Positions 21,528-34,708 are shown, counted from the first letter of the stretch. The stretch is DNA of 64,000 bases from Candidatus Omnitrophota bacterium (GCA_049643885.1 JBARQV010000006.1:19234-83233), one strand, 5' to 3'. Notes: a model not told the origin generated them from the letters alone. Translations and numbers: made by a program.

Positions 21528-21550
21528 CATTTTTAAAAGAGAGAACACTC

Positions 21551-22846
21551 ATGAAATTAAAAACTGATTTCGCGGTAATAGGAAGTGGTGCTGGAGGCGC
21601 GACAATTGCAATGGAACTAGCCAAAAAGGGCAGGAAGGTTTTAATTCTTGATAAGGGTTCGTTTGCAAAAGAGAGCGAAATAGGCACATTACGTTCGGCA
21701 GTGCTTACTTTTTATGATAGATGCGCTTTGCGAGCAAGCAAAGAAGGAATTATTATTTATCGGGCATTAATGGCTGGGGGGACCACTTTTGTTAGTTGTG
21801 GGAACGGGTTACCGGTTTTGGTAGATGAATTGGAACATTGTGGGATTGATTTAAAAGAGGAGTTTGAAGAAACTGAGAGAGAATTAAGCATCGCACGATT
21901 GCCGGATGATTTTATAGGACCGGGTTCACGCTTGATAATGAATGCTGCTAATAGATTGGGTTTTGATATGGGCCCTATGCCCAAATTCATCAATACGGAT
22001 AAGTGTATATTATGCGGCAAATGTGTATTGGGATGTAAAACAGGCGCTAAATGGTCTGCTTTGGATTACATTAAGGTGGCCCGTAAGCATGGCGCTAAAT
22101 TTGTTAAAAATATAGATGTAAAATCCATAGTTACGCACAATGGCAAAGCTGTTGGCGTTGTCGGGAAAAGCCCGAAGGGGACTGTTCGAGTTTTTGCGAA
22201 CAAGATTATTGTGGCTGCGGGAGGGATTGGTACGCCCGCTATCTTAAAGCGAAGCGGTATAGAAAATGCCGGAAATAAACTATTTGCCGATTTATTTAAT
22301 GTTACCTATGGCATATTTAAAGGTGAAAAAATTAATCAATGGAAAGAAGTTTCGATGTCCGTATTAAGTGCAAAATTCCTGAAAGACAGGGGGTTCATAA
22401 TATCACCGTTTATTGATGTTCCGTTAATATTGAGATGGATAACTTCAAAGAAAAGGCAATTGCAAGGGTTTAGATATAAAAACCTTCTTGGAATAATGGT
22501 TAAGATAAAAGATGACAGCAAAGGAATGGTTACGGAAAAAGGAAATTTTGAAAAGGCGCCAACGATAAATGATAACAAGCGACTTAACGAGGGTGCAAAT
22601 ATAGCAGAGCAAATACTAAGGGAAACGGGCATTAAGAGCGAGGATATATTCCATACCAAGCCAAGAGCGGCGCATCCGGGAGGATCCGCGGCTATTGGCG
22701 AAGTAGTCGATGCTGATTTAGAGACAAAGATAAAAAATCTATATGTATGCGATGCTAGTGTTTTACCGCTTTCTCCCGGCGCTCCGCCAATAGTCACGAT
22801 AGTTGCCTTGGCAAAGAGGTTGGCCAAAAGGATACTAGCATCATGA
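21551..22846 (+). CDS. FAD-dependent oxidoreductase with GMC-type C-terminal domain and an internal CxxCxxCxxxC motif
   Basis: N-terminal FAD fold (VIGSGAGG), C-terminal AHPGGSAAIG...CDASVLP like GMC_oxred_C. Internal CILCGKCVLGC motif. Confidence 0.55.
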   Translation: MKLKTDFAVIGSGAGGATIAMELAKKGRKVLILDKGSFAKESEIGTLRSAVLTFYDRCALRASKEGIIIYRALMAGGTTFVSCGNGLPVLVDELEHCGIDLKEEFEETERELSIARLPDDFIGPGSRLIMNAANRLGFDMGPMPKFINTDKCILCGKCVLGCKTGAKWSALDYIKVARKHGAKFVKNIDVKSIVTHNGKAVGVVGKSPKGTVRVFANKIIVAAGGIGTPAILKRSGIENAGNKLFADLFNVTYGIFKGEKINQWKEVSMSVLSAKFLKDRGFIISPFIDVPLILRWITSKKRQLQGFRYKNLLGIMVKIKDDSKGMVTEKGNFEKAPTINDNKRLNEGANIAEQILRETGIKSEDIFHTKPRAAHPGGSAAIGEVVDADLETKIKNLYVCDASVLPLSPGAPPIVTIVALAKRLAKRILAS

Positions 22847-22886
22847 AAGTTGTTGTACGTATATCGATATTCACAGAAGGTGAAAA

Positions 22887-25025
22887 GTGAATTTATTTAG
22901 GATATCATGTTTAATCGGGATAATATGTAATTTTGGACTAACCCTGTTTTTTCTTTCCTGGAGGGGGAAAAAGCATCCCTCGACTACATGGTTCACGGGG
23001 TTTACTTTGAGTGCCGCAGTATGGCATTTGGGCGCTTTCATGTTTTCAGCCTGTCTGGTAGAACATTATAATGCGGCATTTTTTTGGTGGAAAATATCTT
23101 ATATGGGGGCTTTTTTTGCGATAGCTTTTTTCTTTCATTTTATAATACGGTATCTTGAGTTAGGCAAAAGGTTCTTGCTTTTTGTGGTTTACTTGGCAGC
23201 TTTTACTTTTTCGTTTTTCAACTGGTACGATAATTCAAGGTATTTTTTGGGTGATATACATTTTACTTTTGACCAGTTTTATTGGATAGATGCGCTCAAA
23301 TATAAAAATCCACTATTCTTCATTTTTTACATTTCCTTTTTTTGGGTTATATTGGGGTATGGTTTCTTTCTGCTGTTAAAGGCTCTGCAGAATTCGACCG
23401 GGATTATGCATAATAAGCTGAAGTATTTTATAATAGCCGTGGGCTTTGGTTGGATAGGGACTAATCCTCTTTTTCTCCCGGCTTTTCGTATTAGTTTTTA
23501 CCCTTACAGCAATTTTCTCGTTGGCACATACCCTTTACTTGTTGCTTATGCTATTATTCGATATCAAGTTATGGATATTGAAGTTATTATCAAAAAGACA
23601 ATTGTTTTTGCTGGTCTTTTTCTTGCATCTTATGCTGTACTTGTTAGTTTCGCGTACTTGGGTTCAATTTTTTTTGAAAACGCTGTCCAGAATCGATGGA
23701 TAGCAATGGGTCCTTTTGTTTTGACGCTTGTCCTCATATTACGGCCATTGGAGAATTTTCTCAGAAACGTCACAGATAAATATCTTTTCCAGAAAAAATA
23801 TGATTACAAACAACTTTTGAAAACATTTACAGATAAAGTACTTACAGTCCTGGATCTTAAAGAACTGGTCGATCTTACGGTCAACCAGCTTGTAGATGTC
23901 ATGAAACTGGAAAATGCAAATATTTTGATCCACAATGACGAAAATAAGGAGTTCTATATAGCATCAACTGCCGGCGCTCATAAGAGAGGATATATTTTAA
24001 GTGATAGCAATCGTTTGGTGACTTACATGTATGAACATAAAAAGAATGTTATTTTAAAAAGCGCGGAGATCGATACAGAGATCGAAAAAGAGATGAATAA
24101 GATCGGCGCCGAGCTTACCATGCCTCTGCTGCATTATAAAGAGATGACAGGTATTTTGATTTTAAACAAGAAGAAATCAGATGAAGAATTCACCCAGGAT
24201 GATATCGATGTTCTTTTGTCTATGGCACGTGCTCTAGCTGTAGCGATAACGAACGCACAGCTTTTTGATAAGCTTTCAGTAGCCCAGGCTCAGGCTGCGC
24301 AAAGCGAAAAGATGGCAGTTATCGGGACTCTCTCGGCAGGTATTAATCACGAGATATGTAATCCTCTCAGTATTATCAGAGGTCAGTGTGAGATGTTTTT
24401 GCTGAATTTAAAAGAAGGGTTATATAAAAACAGGAGCACTAAAGAATTGCTTGAAAAATCCAAAGAGATCATGCAAAAGGTCATAAACGAAGCGGACCGG
24501 GCAACGGTGATAACCAGGAAACTATCATCATTTTCAAAGCCCGCGTCAAGGCAGAACCTGGATGATGTCCGGGTAGAGGATGAGCTGGACGAAGTTATTT
24601 CCCTTGTGGAGCACGATCTTCATTTATTAAATATTGAAATAATAAAGGAGATCGAAGGCGGACTTCCTTGTGTTTCCGCAGATCCCAAGCAGGTCCAGGA
24701 GATATTTTTTAACATAATAAGGAACGCGGCCCAGTCGATCAAAGGGGATGGCAAAGTAACAATAAAGGCAAAGAGTAAGGATGATAAGGTATTTGTTGAT
24801 GTTGAAGATACGGGAGCCGGCATAAATCCGGAAAATCTCAAACAAATATTCAATCCATTTTTCACGACCAAGAGTCCGGGAAAAGGAACGGGTTTGGGGC
24901 TTTTTATCGTAAGGCAGATCGTTGAAAAAAATAACGGGAAGATATCTGTTCAGAGCGAACTTGGGAAGGGAACCGTTGTCAGTTTGATCTTTAACGCGGT
25001 TACCGTAAAAGAAAAGACAATATAA
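22887..25025 (+). CDS. sensor histidine kinase with N-terminal multi-TM (7TM-like) sensor domain (GTG start)
   Basis: Hydrophobic N-terminal third, GAF-like middle, HisKA (INHEICNPL) and HATPase_c (G-x-G-L-G) domains. Confidence 0.8.
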   Translation: MNLFRISCLIGIICNFGLTLFFLSWRGKKHPSTTWFTGFTLSAAVWHLGAFMFSACLVEHYNAAFFWWKISYMGAFFAIAFFFHFIIRYLELGKRFLLFVVYLAAFTFSFFNWYDNSRYFLGDIHFTFDQFYWIDALKYKNPLFFIFYISFFWVILGYGFFLLLKALQNSTGIMHNKLKYFIIAVGFGWIGTNPLFLPAFRISFYPYSNFLVGTYPLLVAYAIIRYQVMDIEVIIKKTIVFAGLFLASYAVLVSFAYLGSIFFENAVQNRWIAMGPFVLTLVLILRPLENFLRNVTDKYLFQKKYDYKQLLKTFTDKVLTVLDLKELVDLTVNQLVDVMKLENANILIHNDENKEFYIASTAGAHKRGYILSDSNRLVTYMYEHKKNVILKSAEIDTEIEKEMNKIGAELTMPLLHYKEMTGILILNKKKSDEEFTQDDIDVLLSMARALAVAITNAQLFDKLSVAQAQAAQSEKMAVIGTLSAGINHEICNPLSIIRGQCEMFLLNLKEGLYKNRSTKELLEKSKEIMQKVINEADRATVITRKLSSFSKPASRQNLDDVRVEDELDEVISLVEHDLHLLNIEIIKEIEGGLPCVSADPKQVQEIFFNIIRNAAQSIKGDGKVTIKAKSKDDKVFVDVEDTGAGINPENLKQIFNPFFTTKSPGKGTGLGLFIVRQIVEKNNGKISVQSELGKGTVVSLIFNAVTVKEKTI

Positions 25026-25041
25026 ACAGGAGGAAGATATC

Positions 25042-25416
25042 ATGATAAAATTGCTGGTCGTCGACGATGAAATAGATATTTGCGATTTCGTGAAAAATTT
25101 CTTTAAAGAAAGGAATTTCGATGTTTCCGTGGCTTACAACGGGAAGGAGGCTCTCAGGATAATGGACACCGTAAAGCCTCAAATAGTCCTGCTGGATCTT
25201 AAAATGCCGGTAATGGATGGCATGGAAACCCTGAAAAGAATAAACAAGAGTCATCCGGAAGCAAAGGTCATCATAGTTACCGCGGTGGAAGATACGGAAA
25301 AAGCGGAAGAAGCTAAAAGGCATAACGCGGCCGAATATATAACCAAACCCTTATTTTTAGAGCAGCTTGAAAGGGCGGTCATGACGATCGCAGAGCAGAT
25401 CAAGATGGGGATGTAA
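25042..25416 (+). CDS. single-domain response regulator (receiver only)
   Basis: DD...D...K receiver residues. 124 aa. Confidence 0.85.
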   Translation: MIKLLVVDDEIDICDFVKNFFKERNFDVSVAYNGKEALRIMDTVKPQIVLLDLKMPVMDGMETLKRINKSHPEAKVIIVTAVEDTEKAEEAKRHNAAEYITKPLFLEQLERAVMTIAEQIKMGM

Positions 25417-25430
25417 AAAATAGGGGGCAT

Positions 25431-26762
25431 ATGGAAAAGGATAAAAGTTGGCGTGATATTCATGAGTGGATCATCGAAAAGATGAAAAACACTGATGGGG
25501 CGCTCATCCCGATAGATAATGAAAGTATCAGGATGAGACAGGAGCCTGAACTGGATTACCAGTTCATCCTGGAAAATACCTCGCGGAGCATGATACGTTT
25601 CAAAAAGCCGGAACGCCTCATCCGCATGATCGTCAGGGTGATCGACGAGCTGGTAAAAGTGTCCCATACGGCCATGCTTTTATACCATAAAGACAGGGAT
25701 TATTTCACGCTTATAGACAGCAAAGGAGCCGAGGGCGTCAAGATACCGATCGGGTTTATCCGGCTCACTTTTGACAATCCGCTTATTCGTTTATTTAACG
25801 AGGGGTATAATTTCAAGCTATCGGATACGGGGGCTATCGAGTATAAAGAGATGAAAACCAGCTTACACGATAACAGGATCGAAAAAGATAAAGAACTGGT
25901 AGGATTGATCGACCTGTCGCTCAGGCAAATGGATCTTTTAAAGGCGAATGTATGTATTCCAGTTTATTACAAGAAAGAGCTCGTGGGCGTTTTTGTCCTG
26001 GGCGTGAAGTTATCGGGCGAAAAATTTTCCAGACAGGAGATAGGTTTTTTCAGGACGCTGGCGAATGATGTAGCAATGGCGTTATCCAATGCCCAGCTCA
26101 TCCAGGATCTCCAGGACAAGATACATGAGATACATAACCTGTATGAGAGGGAGCATACGTTATTTTTACAGACTTCTATATCTCTTGCTGCCGCCATTGA
26201 CGCCAGGGATACTTATACCAGGGGCCATACGGAACGGGTTACACATTATGCTCTTGCGATCGCTAATGAACTGGAGGGCATTCCGGAGGCCCAGGCATAC
26301 GAGAATTTCAAGGAAACACTTCATGTTGCATCACTTCTGCATGATGTAGGCAAAATAGGAGTTCCGGACAGTATTCTGAACAAGAAAAGCCAGCTCACGA
26401 AAGAAGAATATGAGAGAATAAAGGAGCACTCCGTTACCGGTGCGGCTATCCTTTCTCCTATTAAAGAATTGGGAGATATTGCTAATGAAGTCAAGGCGCA
26501 TCACGAAAAGTATGATGGCACGGGATATCCTGACGGTTTAAAGGGCGAGGCAATACCGTTTATCGCGCGCATAATAGCTGTAGCGGATACTTTTGACGCG
26601 ATAACTAGTGACAGGCCTTACCGTCAAAAAGGGATGGAGGAGGTAGCTGTCCAGATAATAAAGGATAACTCCGGGACTCAGTTTGACCCGATCCTTGTAA
26701 GCGCTTTTCTCTTAGCTTATAGAAAAGGCAAGTTTCTTATTAATAAGAACAAGAAAGGATAA
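25431..26762 (+). CDS. GAF-domain HD-GYP phosphodiesterase (c-di-GMP)
   Basis: HD...HHEKYDGTGYP motif of the HD-GYP family. Confidence 0.85.
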   Translation: MEKDKSWRDIHEWIIEKMKNTDGALIPIDNESIRMRQEPELDYQFILENTSRSMIRFKKPERLIRMIVRVIDELVKVSHTAMLLYHKDRDYFTLIDSKGAEGVKIPIGFIRLTFDNPLIRLFNEGYNFKLSDTGAIEYKEMKTSLHDNRIEKDKELVGLIDLSLRQMDLLKANVCIPVYYKKELVGVFVLGVKLSGEKFSRQEIGFFRTLANDVAMALSNAQLIQDLQDKIHEIHNLYEREHTLFLQTSISLAAAIDARDTYTRGHTERVTHYALAIANELEGIPEAQAYENFKETLHVASLLHDVGKIGVPDSILNKKSQLTKEEYERIKEHSVTGAAILSPIKELGDIANEVKAHHEKYDGTGYPDGLKGEAIPFIARIIAVADTFDAITSDRPYRQKGMEEVAVQIIKDNSGTQFDPILVSAFLLAYRKGKFLINKNKKG

Positions 26763-28347
26763 TTTCAAAAGATGTTCCTTTTCCAGGTTCACTTTTGACG
26801 TTGATTTTTCCACCGTGTTTATTGATAATGCCATGAACAACGCTCAGGCCCAGTCCGCTGCCGCCGTCCTTTTTAGTGAAAAACGGGTCAAAGATATGCT
26901 TTAAGTCTTCTCTGTCTATGCCCTTGCCTGTGTCTTCTATCAGGATCGATATTTTGTTGTCCCCGGCTATTTCGGTTTTTACTGTGATCGTGCCGCTATT
27001 CTCAATAGATTCGAGCGCATTAAGTAAAATATTCAAGAAAATCTGTTTAATTTGTGACGGGTCAACTTTAACGGGCGGAATCCGTGAGTAGCTCTTTTCA
27101 ACTTTAATATTGTGTTTTAGAAGATCATTGTTTAAAAGTTCTAAAGTCTCGTTCAATAAGCTATTCAGGTCAGATTCCTCAAGACAAAGTTCTTTAGGTT
27201 TAGAAAAATCCAGAAGCTGCTTGACTATGCTGTTTATTTTTTCTACTTCAGCCCCAACGACATTATTAAATTTTTTAATGAAACCAGGATCATCGCATTT
27301 TTCCGGCAGGTATTCCGTAAAGGTCTTGATGGATGTAAGCGGATTTTTTATTTCATGTGCCATGCCGGCAGCAAGTGTTGCTACGGCCTTGAGTTTTTCG
27401 CTTTTTCGAAGTTCTTCGCGGAGTTTAATATTCTCCTCATCTATTTGGTCGATTGAGCCGCGGAAGAAATATTTATCAATAATTGATTGCGTCTTATTTT
27501 TCAAAGGTTGAAACAAAACGATGAATAAAATAATTAGTGCAAAAGATATTGGAAATGATTGGTAACCATAATATATTCTAAAAATATTTTCAAGCACTAA
27601 AATTATGCTGAAATAAATTATTGTTAAAATAGTTGCTAATACAGAATAAAGGAGTGTTTTTCTAAAAATTATATTAATATCGAGTAATTCATGTGCAACA
27701 ATTGCATATACAATTATAGCAGCGTAAACAAAAACCAAAATGTTTAAATAGGGTGGAAATGAAATATTGAAAAATTGAAAATAATTTGTTGAGCCACCCA
27801 GGTATCCAGCAATAGCACCTGTTAATATGTATTTTAGTTGATTTTTTCTTTTCGAAGAAACACTATGCAAATAGGATTTAAAAAGAAAAATCATCGAGAG
27901 GAGGCTAAATCCAAAAAAATTGGCAAGAAAAACATAATAAAGCGGGCCAGGAACGCCCCAATAAGGGAATATGCCGATTGGTTTCATGCCTTTAATAAAG
28001 TATGGAGTAAAAATTAATGGCAAAATTAGAAAGCTTAATAAATAACCAAAAAATAACACTCTTTTTTTATTCTTGTCTAACAGGGTAATGACAAAATGAA
28101 AAAATGTTATTGAAATAAAATTAGCGCCACAATGTAAAAACTGAAACCAAAAAAGAGTGCTATCTGAAGTTTTTGATATTGGCCAGAATATATAACCAAA
28201 ACTCCAAATGGCTATGGAGAGGTTAAATATTGCAAAACGAATGTTAATCTTAGATTTTTTGTTTTTATAATAAACGAAAAGCGCTAAGAAAATAAAGGCA
28301 ATGAAATTAATTGCGCCAGTAAGTGTAAAATATAACATTTTGTTCAT
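26740..28347 (-). CDS. sensor histidine kinase with N-terminal multi-TM domain (paralog of the 22887 kinase)
   Basis: Same architecture: HisKA (MAHEIKNPL) and HATPase_c (GSGLGLS). Confidence 0.8.
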   Translation of the reverse strand: MNKMLYFTLTGAINFIAFIFLALFVYYKNKKSKINIRFAIFNLSIAIWSFGYIFWPISKTSDSTLFWFQFLHCGANFISITFFHFVITLLDKNKKRVLFFGYLLSFLILPLIFTPYFIKGMKPIGIFPYWGVPGPLYYVFLANFFGFSLLSMIFLFKSYLHSVSSKRKNQLKYILTGAIAGYLGGSTNYFQFFNISFPPYLNILVFVYAAIIVYAIVAHELLDINIIFRKTLLYSVLATILTIIYFSIILVLENIFRIYYGYQSFPISFALIILFIVLFQPLKNKTQSIIDKYFFRGSIDQIDEENIKLREELRKSEKLKAVATLAAGMAHEIKNPLTSIKTFTEYLPEKCDDPGFIKKFNNVVGAEVEKINSIVKQLLDFSKPKELCLEESDLNSLLNETLELLNNDLLKHNIKVEKSYSRIPPVKVDPSQIKQIFLNILLNALESIENSGTITVKTEIAGDNKISILIEDTGKGIDREDLKHIFDPFFTKKDGGSGLGLSVVHGIINKHGGKINVKSEPGKGTSFEIILSCSY

Positions 28348-28386
28348 ATCTAGAAGTGATTTTTAAAATAAGACTTATAAAAATCT

Positions 28387-28743
28387 TTAAATCTTACTCA
28401 CTTTTTCTTTTACTTCGTCGCTTTCGAATGGTTTGGTGATGTAGTCGATGGCGCCGTATTGGACGGCTTTTGTGGCGGTTTCAACGCTCTGGTAACCGGT
28501 CACAATGATCACTTTTGTGTTCGGGGAGATCCTTTTGATCTCTTTGAGTGTTTCCAGGCCGTCTTTTGTCGGCATTTTGATATCCAGCAAAACACCGTCA
28601 AAATTAGCGTTCTTGACTTTATTAATAGCCTCGTTCCCGGTTGAGGCAAAATCGAGCTTATAATTATCTTCAAGTATCAGATTAAGGGATTCGCGGACAC
28701 CTTCTTCATCATCACATATTAAGATTTTTTTTTGAGTATTCAT
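28387..28743 (-). CDS. single-domain response regulator (receiver only)
   Basis: CheY-like receiver, 118 aa. Sits directly downstream (in the transcription direction) of the minus-strand kinase's partner position. Confidence 0.85.
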   Translation of the reverse strand: MNTQKKILICDDEEGVRESLNLILEDNYKLDFASTGNEAINKVKNANFDGVLLDIKMPTKDGLETLKEIKRISPNTKVIIVTGYQSVETATKAVQYGAIDYITKPFESDEVKEKVSKI

Positions 28744-28756
28744 ATTTTCCCCCTTA

Positions 28757-29308
28757 TTACAGTGCCGGCGGTGAGATCACGCAAATAGCTTCGGCTTCTG
28801 TTTTTGTCTTATTCTTGAAGAAATGGGGAAGGGAAGCGTCGAAGTAAAGGCTGTCTCCTTTTTTAAGCGCGTAGTTTTGGCCGCCGACGTTCGCTTCAAT
28901 AACCCCGGTCATGACATATATGAATTTTTCAATGCCCGGTTTATTCTTCTCTTTCTGGGTCTCTCCGCCTTTCCCGAGCACCATCATAAGAGGCATGATC
29001 TTCTTATCCAGCGTTTTAGTCACCAAAAGTTCGTATTTGGCTTTCTGGGCATGGATAAAGTGTTCCGTTCTTTTTCTTCTGGGAACGGTTTCGATCACCT
29101 TGGCTTCATCTTCAAGTTCGCCGTAAAGTTCCACCAAAGAAGTCCCAAGTGCTTTACACAGGCGGTTATGCGAGACAAGGGTGCCGGTCATTTTATTGTT
29201 CTCGATCCGGCTCAAAGTAGCCAGGGCTACGCCGCTTTTCTTGGATAGCTCCTCAAGCGTCATGTTTTGTTCTTTTCGCAGTTCTTTTAGTCTTTTTCCT
29301 ATTTTCAT
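28757..29308 (-). CDS. XRE-family transcriptional regulator with C-terminal cupin domain
   Basis: HTH_3 motif (LKELRKEQNMTLEELS...LSRIE) plus a cupin beta-barrel. Start trimmed to MKIGKRL. Confidence 0.75.
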   Translation of the reverse strand: MKIGKRLKELRKEQNMTLEELSKKSGVALATLSRIENNKMTGTLVSHNRLCKALGTSLVELYGELEDEAKVIETVPRRKRTEHFIHAQKAKYELLVTKTLDKKIMPLMMVLGKGGETQKEKNKPGIEKFIYVMTGVIEANVGGQNYALKKGDSLYFDASLPHFFKNKTKTEAEAICVISPPAL

Positions 29309-29440
29309 TTTGCCTTCCTTCCCTTGGTCCGGTAACAAATAATATATCCTAGTTTTTGCGAAAAATCAAATAGAATTTTTAATTATTGAAAATAAGGACA
29401 TTATTGTTTATAGGATATAATTATGCTACAATTATACCCT

Positions 29441-32230
<2,790 letters not shown>

Positions 32231-32236
32231 AGGACC

Positions 32237-34690
32237 ATGAAGAAGACGTTATTTTTTCTTTTAGTATTGCTGTTCATAATCCCGTGTTTATCGGCTAACG
32301 CGATAGAAGAACATTTTCGTTCAGAGATAGATTTTGCCAAGAAAGCTATCAGGGACGGTTTTTATGACGTGGCCGAGAACAGGCTCAGTGTCCTGCTTAA
32401 TGCGAATATCCCCAGGCAGATAGGGACCGAAGCGCATCTTTTGCTGGGCAGGATCTATTATGAAAAATCCTTGCCCCAGAAAGCGCTTTCAGAATTTAAT
32501 TTCGTTCTCGATCGTTACAAGGAAAGCGGTTTCGCGGACCAGGCGACATACTGGATAGCCGAGGTGTATTTTACCGAGGGCCATTTTGAACAGGCTCTGG
32601 TCTATTACCAGGATGTCATCGAGGATTATCCGTCGAGCAAGTATGTGCCTTACTCTCTTTTTTCTCAAGCCTGGTGTTACGAAAAAATGGGTGAATACGG
32701 GACGGCGACAGATATTTTGCGTGAAAACATACAAAAATACCCTAACAGCGAACTGGCGGTAAGATCAAGATACAAGGTCGCCGAGATATTGTACAAATCG
32801 GGTAGATACGGGAACGCCGCTTCAGATCTGGATGGTTTTATTAAAAAGTATCCCGTGAACGAGAAAACTCTCGAGGCGTATTACATGCTTGGGGATTGTT
32901 ATTATAAGCTCGGGCAATTTGCCGATGCCGTGAACAGCCTTAAGAACTCGCTGCAGGGCGGGAGGAGTGAACCCTGGAATATCGTCGCAGAATATAAATT
33001 GGCAAGATCTTACATGCAGCTGGGCGAGCAAGAGATGAGCGAAAAGTGGTTTGAGAAGGTAAGGGATGACGCGACAAGCGAGGATTTTCGCAGCGCGGCG
33101 TTGATGGGCCTGGCCAAGATATACAGGGAAAGAGGTGATCCCGATAAAGCGATAATTTTGTATAAGGAGATCATTAATGAAATACCTGAAAATGAATGGA
33201 CAGACGACGCTTATTCCTGGCTGGGAGAGACTCTTTATAAAGGGAACATGATAGAGGAGTCGATCAGGGTTTACAGCAAGGCCCTGGATAAATATCCCGA
33301 GGGAGAGTTTTCGGATAAAATGCATTATAACCTGGCCTGGGCTTATCTCAGTTCGGGTGAAAAAGACAAGGCCTTGAGCGAGTTCGATCTGGTGGTGGAG
33401 ACGTCCAGCAGTGAAGATCTGGTCGTAAGCGCGCTTTGCAGTATAGGAGACATCCTGAACGCCAGGGGCGAGAACGAACAAGCTATCGATGTCTATGACA
33501 GGGTGCTCAGGAATTACCCGGAAAGCATATTGGCGGATTACGCGCAATACCAGGTGGGTAAGATCCTGGCGGAAATGGGCAGGGAAGACGCCGCGATTTT
33601 GTCGTTCAAGTCGCTGACCCTGAATTTCCCGGGGTCTACATTGATCGATAAGTCTTATTATCAGCTGGGGTTACTATATGCCCGTAAAGGCGATTACCAG
33701 ACTTCCGCGAGCCAGTTTGATCGTATCCTTAAAGAGCTTCCCAGGAGCAATCTGACCGACGAAGCGTCGCTGCAGAAAGCCAATTCCCTGTACAATGACG
33801 GCAAATACCGGCAGGCGGCCGAGATATACGAAAAGATACTTGCGTCCACCGGCGACCAAAGGCTCATTTCAAGGGGCAGCTATCACCTGGGTTGGACTTA
33901 TTATAAGATGGGACAGGAGAAAAAAGCCCTTGAGATCTTCAATAAAATACTGGCGGAAAACAGGGACAGGTCTCTTGTCCCGGGGATAAAATTCTGGTTC
34001 GGTGAATATTTTTACAGCAACGGTGATTTCGCGAACGCGCGTAAATACTTCGAGGAAGTTTTGAAGGAATATCCCGCAAGCCAGTTCGCGGACGACGCGG
34101 CTTACTGGCTGGGCTGGGTCCTCTATGAAGACAATAGGACGGATGAAAGTATCGCCCAGTTCGAGAAGATGCTGGAGGAGCGTCCCGGAAGCAAGTGGGT
34201 CCCCCAGGCTATCTTGACCATCGGGGATATACTCAAGAAGGACGGCAAGCAAAAAGACGCCATAGCCCAGTACAGGATACTGATACGCAAATACCCGGGT
34301 AACGATATAACGGACATCGCTCACAACAGGATCGGCACGACACTGAAGGGCCAGGGTAAATATGACCTGGCAGCAGGGTACTTTAAAATGGCTCTTACCG
34401 ATGAAAATACCGAAGGAAACGCTCAGATACAGTTTGACATAGCGGAATGTTTTGAGAAAAAAGGCATGGATGATCAGGCCGTAGAAGAATATCTCAAAGT
34501 GGAATATAAATACCCCCGCGGCGGGTTCTGGGTCACCCGCGCCTGGCTGAGATGCGCGGAGATCCTGGAGAGGAAAGGCGAAAACGAAAGAGCTCTTAAG
34601 ATCTACCAAAAACTTGCCGAGGGAGAAGGGCAGGAAGCCATATCTGCCAAAGAAAAGATAAAGTTGCTTAAGAGATACACAAAACGATAA
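32237..34690 (+). CDS. secreted tetratricopeptide-repeat protein (tandem YbgF-like TPR units)
   Basis: Signal peptide, then many W..A..Y / G.Y..A TPR units over 817 aa. Confidence 0.75.
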   Translation: MKKTLFFLLVLLFIIPCLSANAIEEHFRSEIDFAKKAIRDGFYDVAENRLSVLLNANIPRQIGTEAHLLLGRIYYEKSLPQKALSEFNFVLDRYKESGFADQATYWIAEVYFTEGHFEQALVYYQDVIEDYPSSKYVPYSLFSQAWCYEKMGEYGTATDILRENIQKYPNSELAVRSRYKVAEILYKSGRYGNAASDLDGFIKKYPVNEKTLEAYYMLGDCYYKLGQFADAVNSLKNSLQGGRSEPWNIVAEYKLARSYMQLGEQEMSEKWFEKVRDDATSEDFRSAALMGLAKIYRERGDPDKAIILYKEIINEIPENEWTDDAYSWLGETLYKGNMIEESIRVYSKALDKYPEGEFSDKMHYNLAWAYLSSGEKDKALSEFDLVVETSSSEDLVVSALCSIGDILNARGENEQAIDVYDRVLRNYPESILADYAQYQVGKILAEMGREDAAILSFKSLTLNFPGSTLIDKSYYQLGLLYARKGDYQTSASQFDRILKELPRSNLTDEASLQKANSLYNDGKYRQAAEIYEKILASTGDQRLISRGSYHLGWTYYKMGQEKKALEIFNKILAENRDRSLVPGIKFWFGEYFYSNGDFANARKYFEEVLKEYPASQFADDAAYWLGWVLYEDNRTDESIAQFEKMLEERPGSKWVPQAILTIGDILKKDGKQKDAIAQYRILIRKYPGNDITDIAHNRIGTTLKGQGKYDLAAGYFKMALTDENTEGNAQIQFDIAECFEKKGMDDQAVEEYLKVEYKYPRGGFWVTRAWLRCAEILERKGENERALKIYQKLAEGEGQEAISAKEKIKLLKRYTKR

Positions 34691-34708
34691 ACACAGGAGG
34701 AAAGGAAT

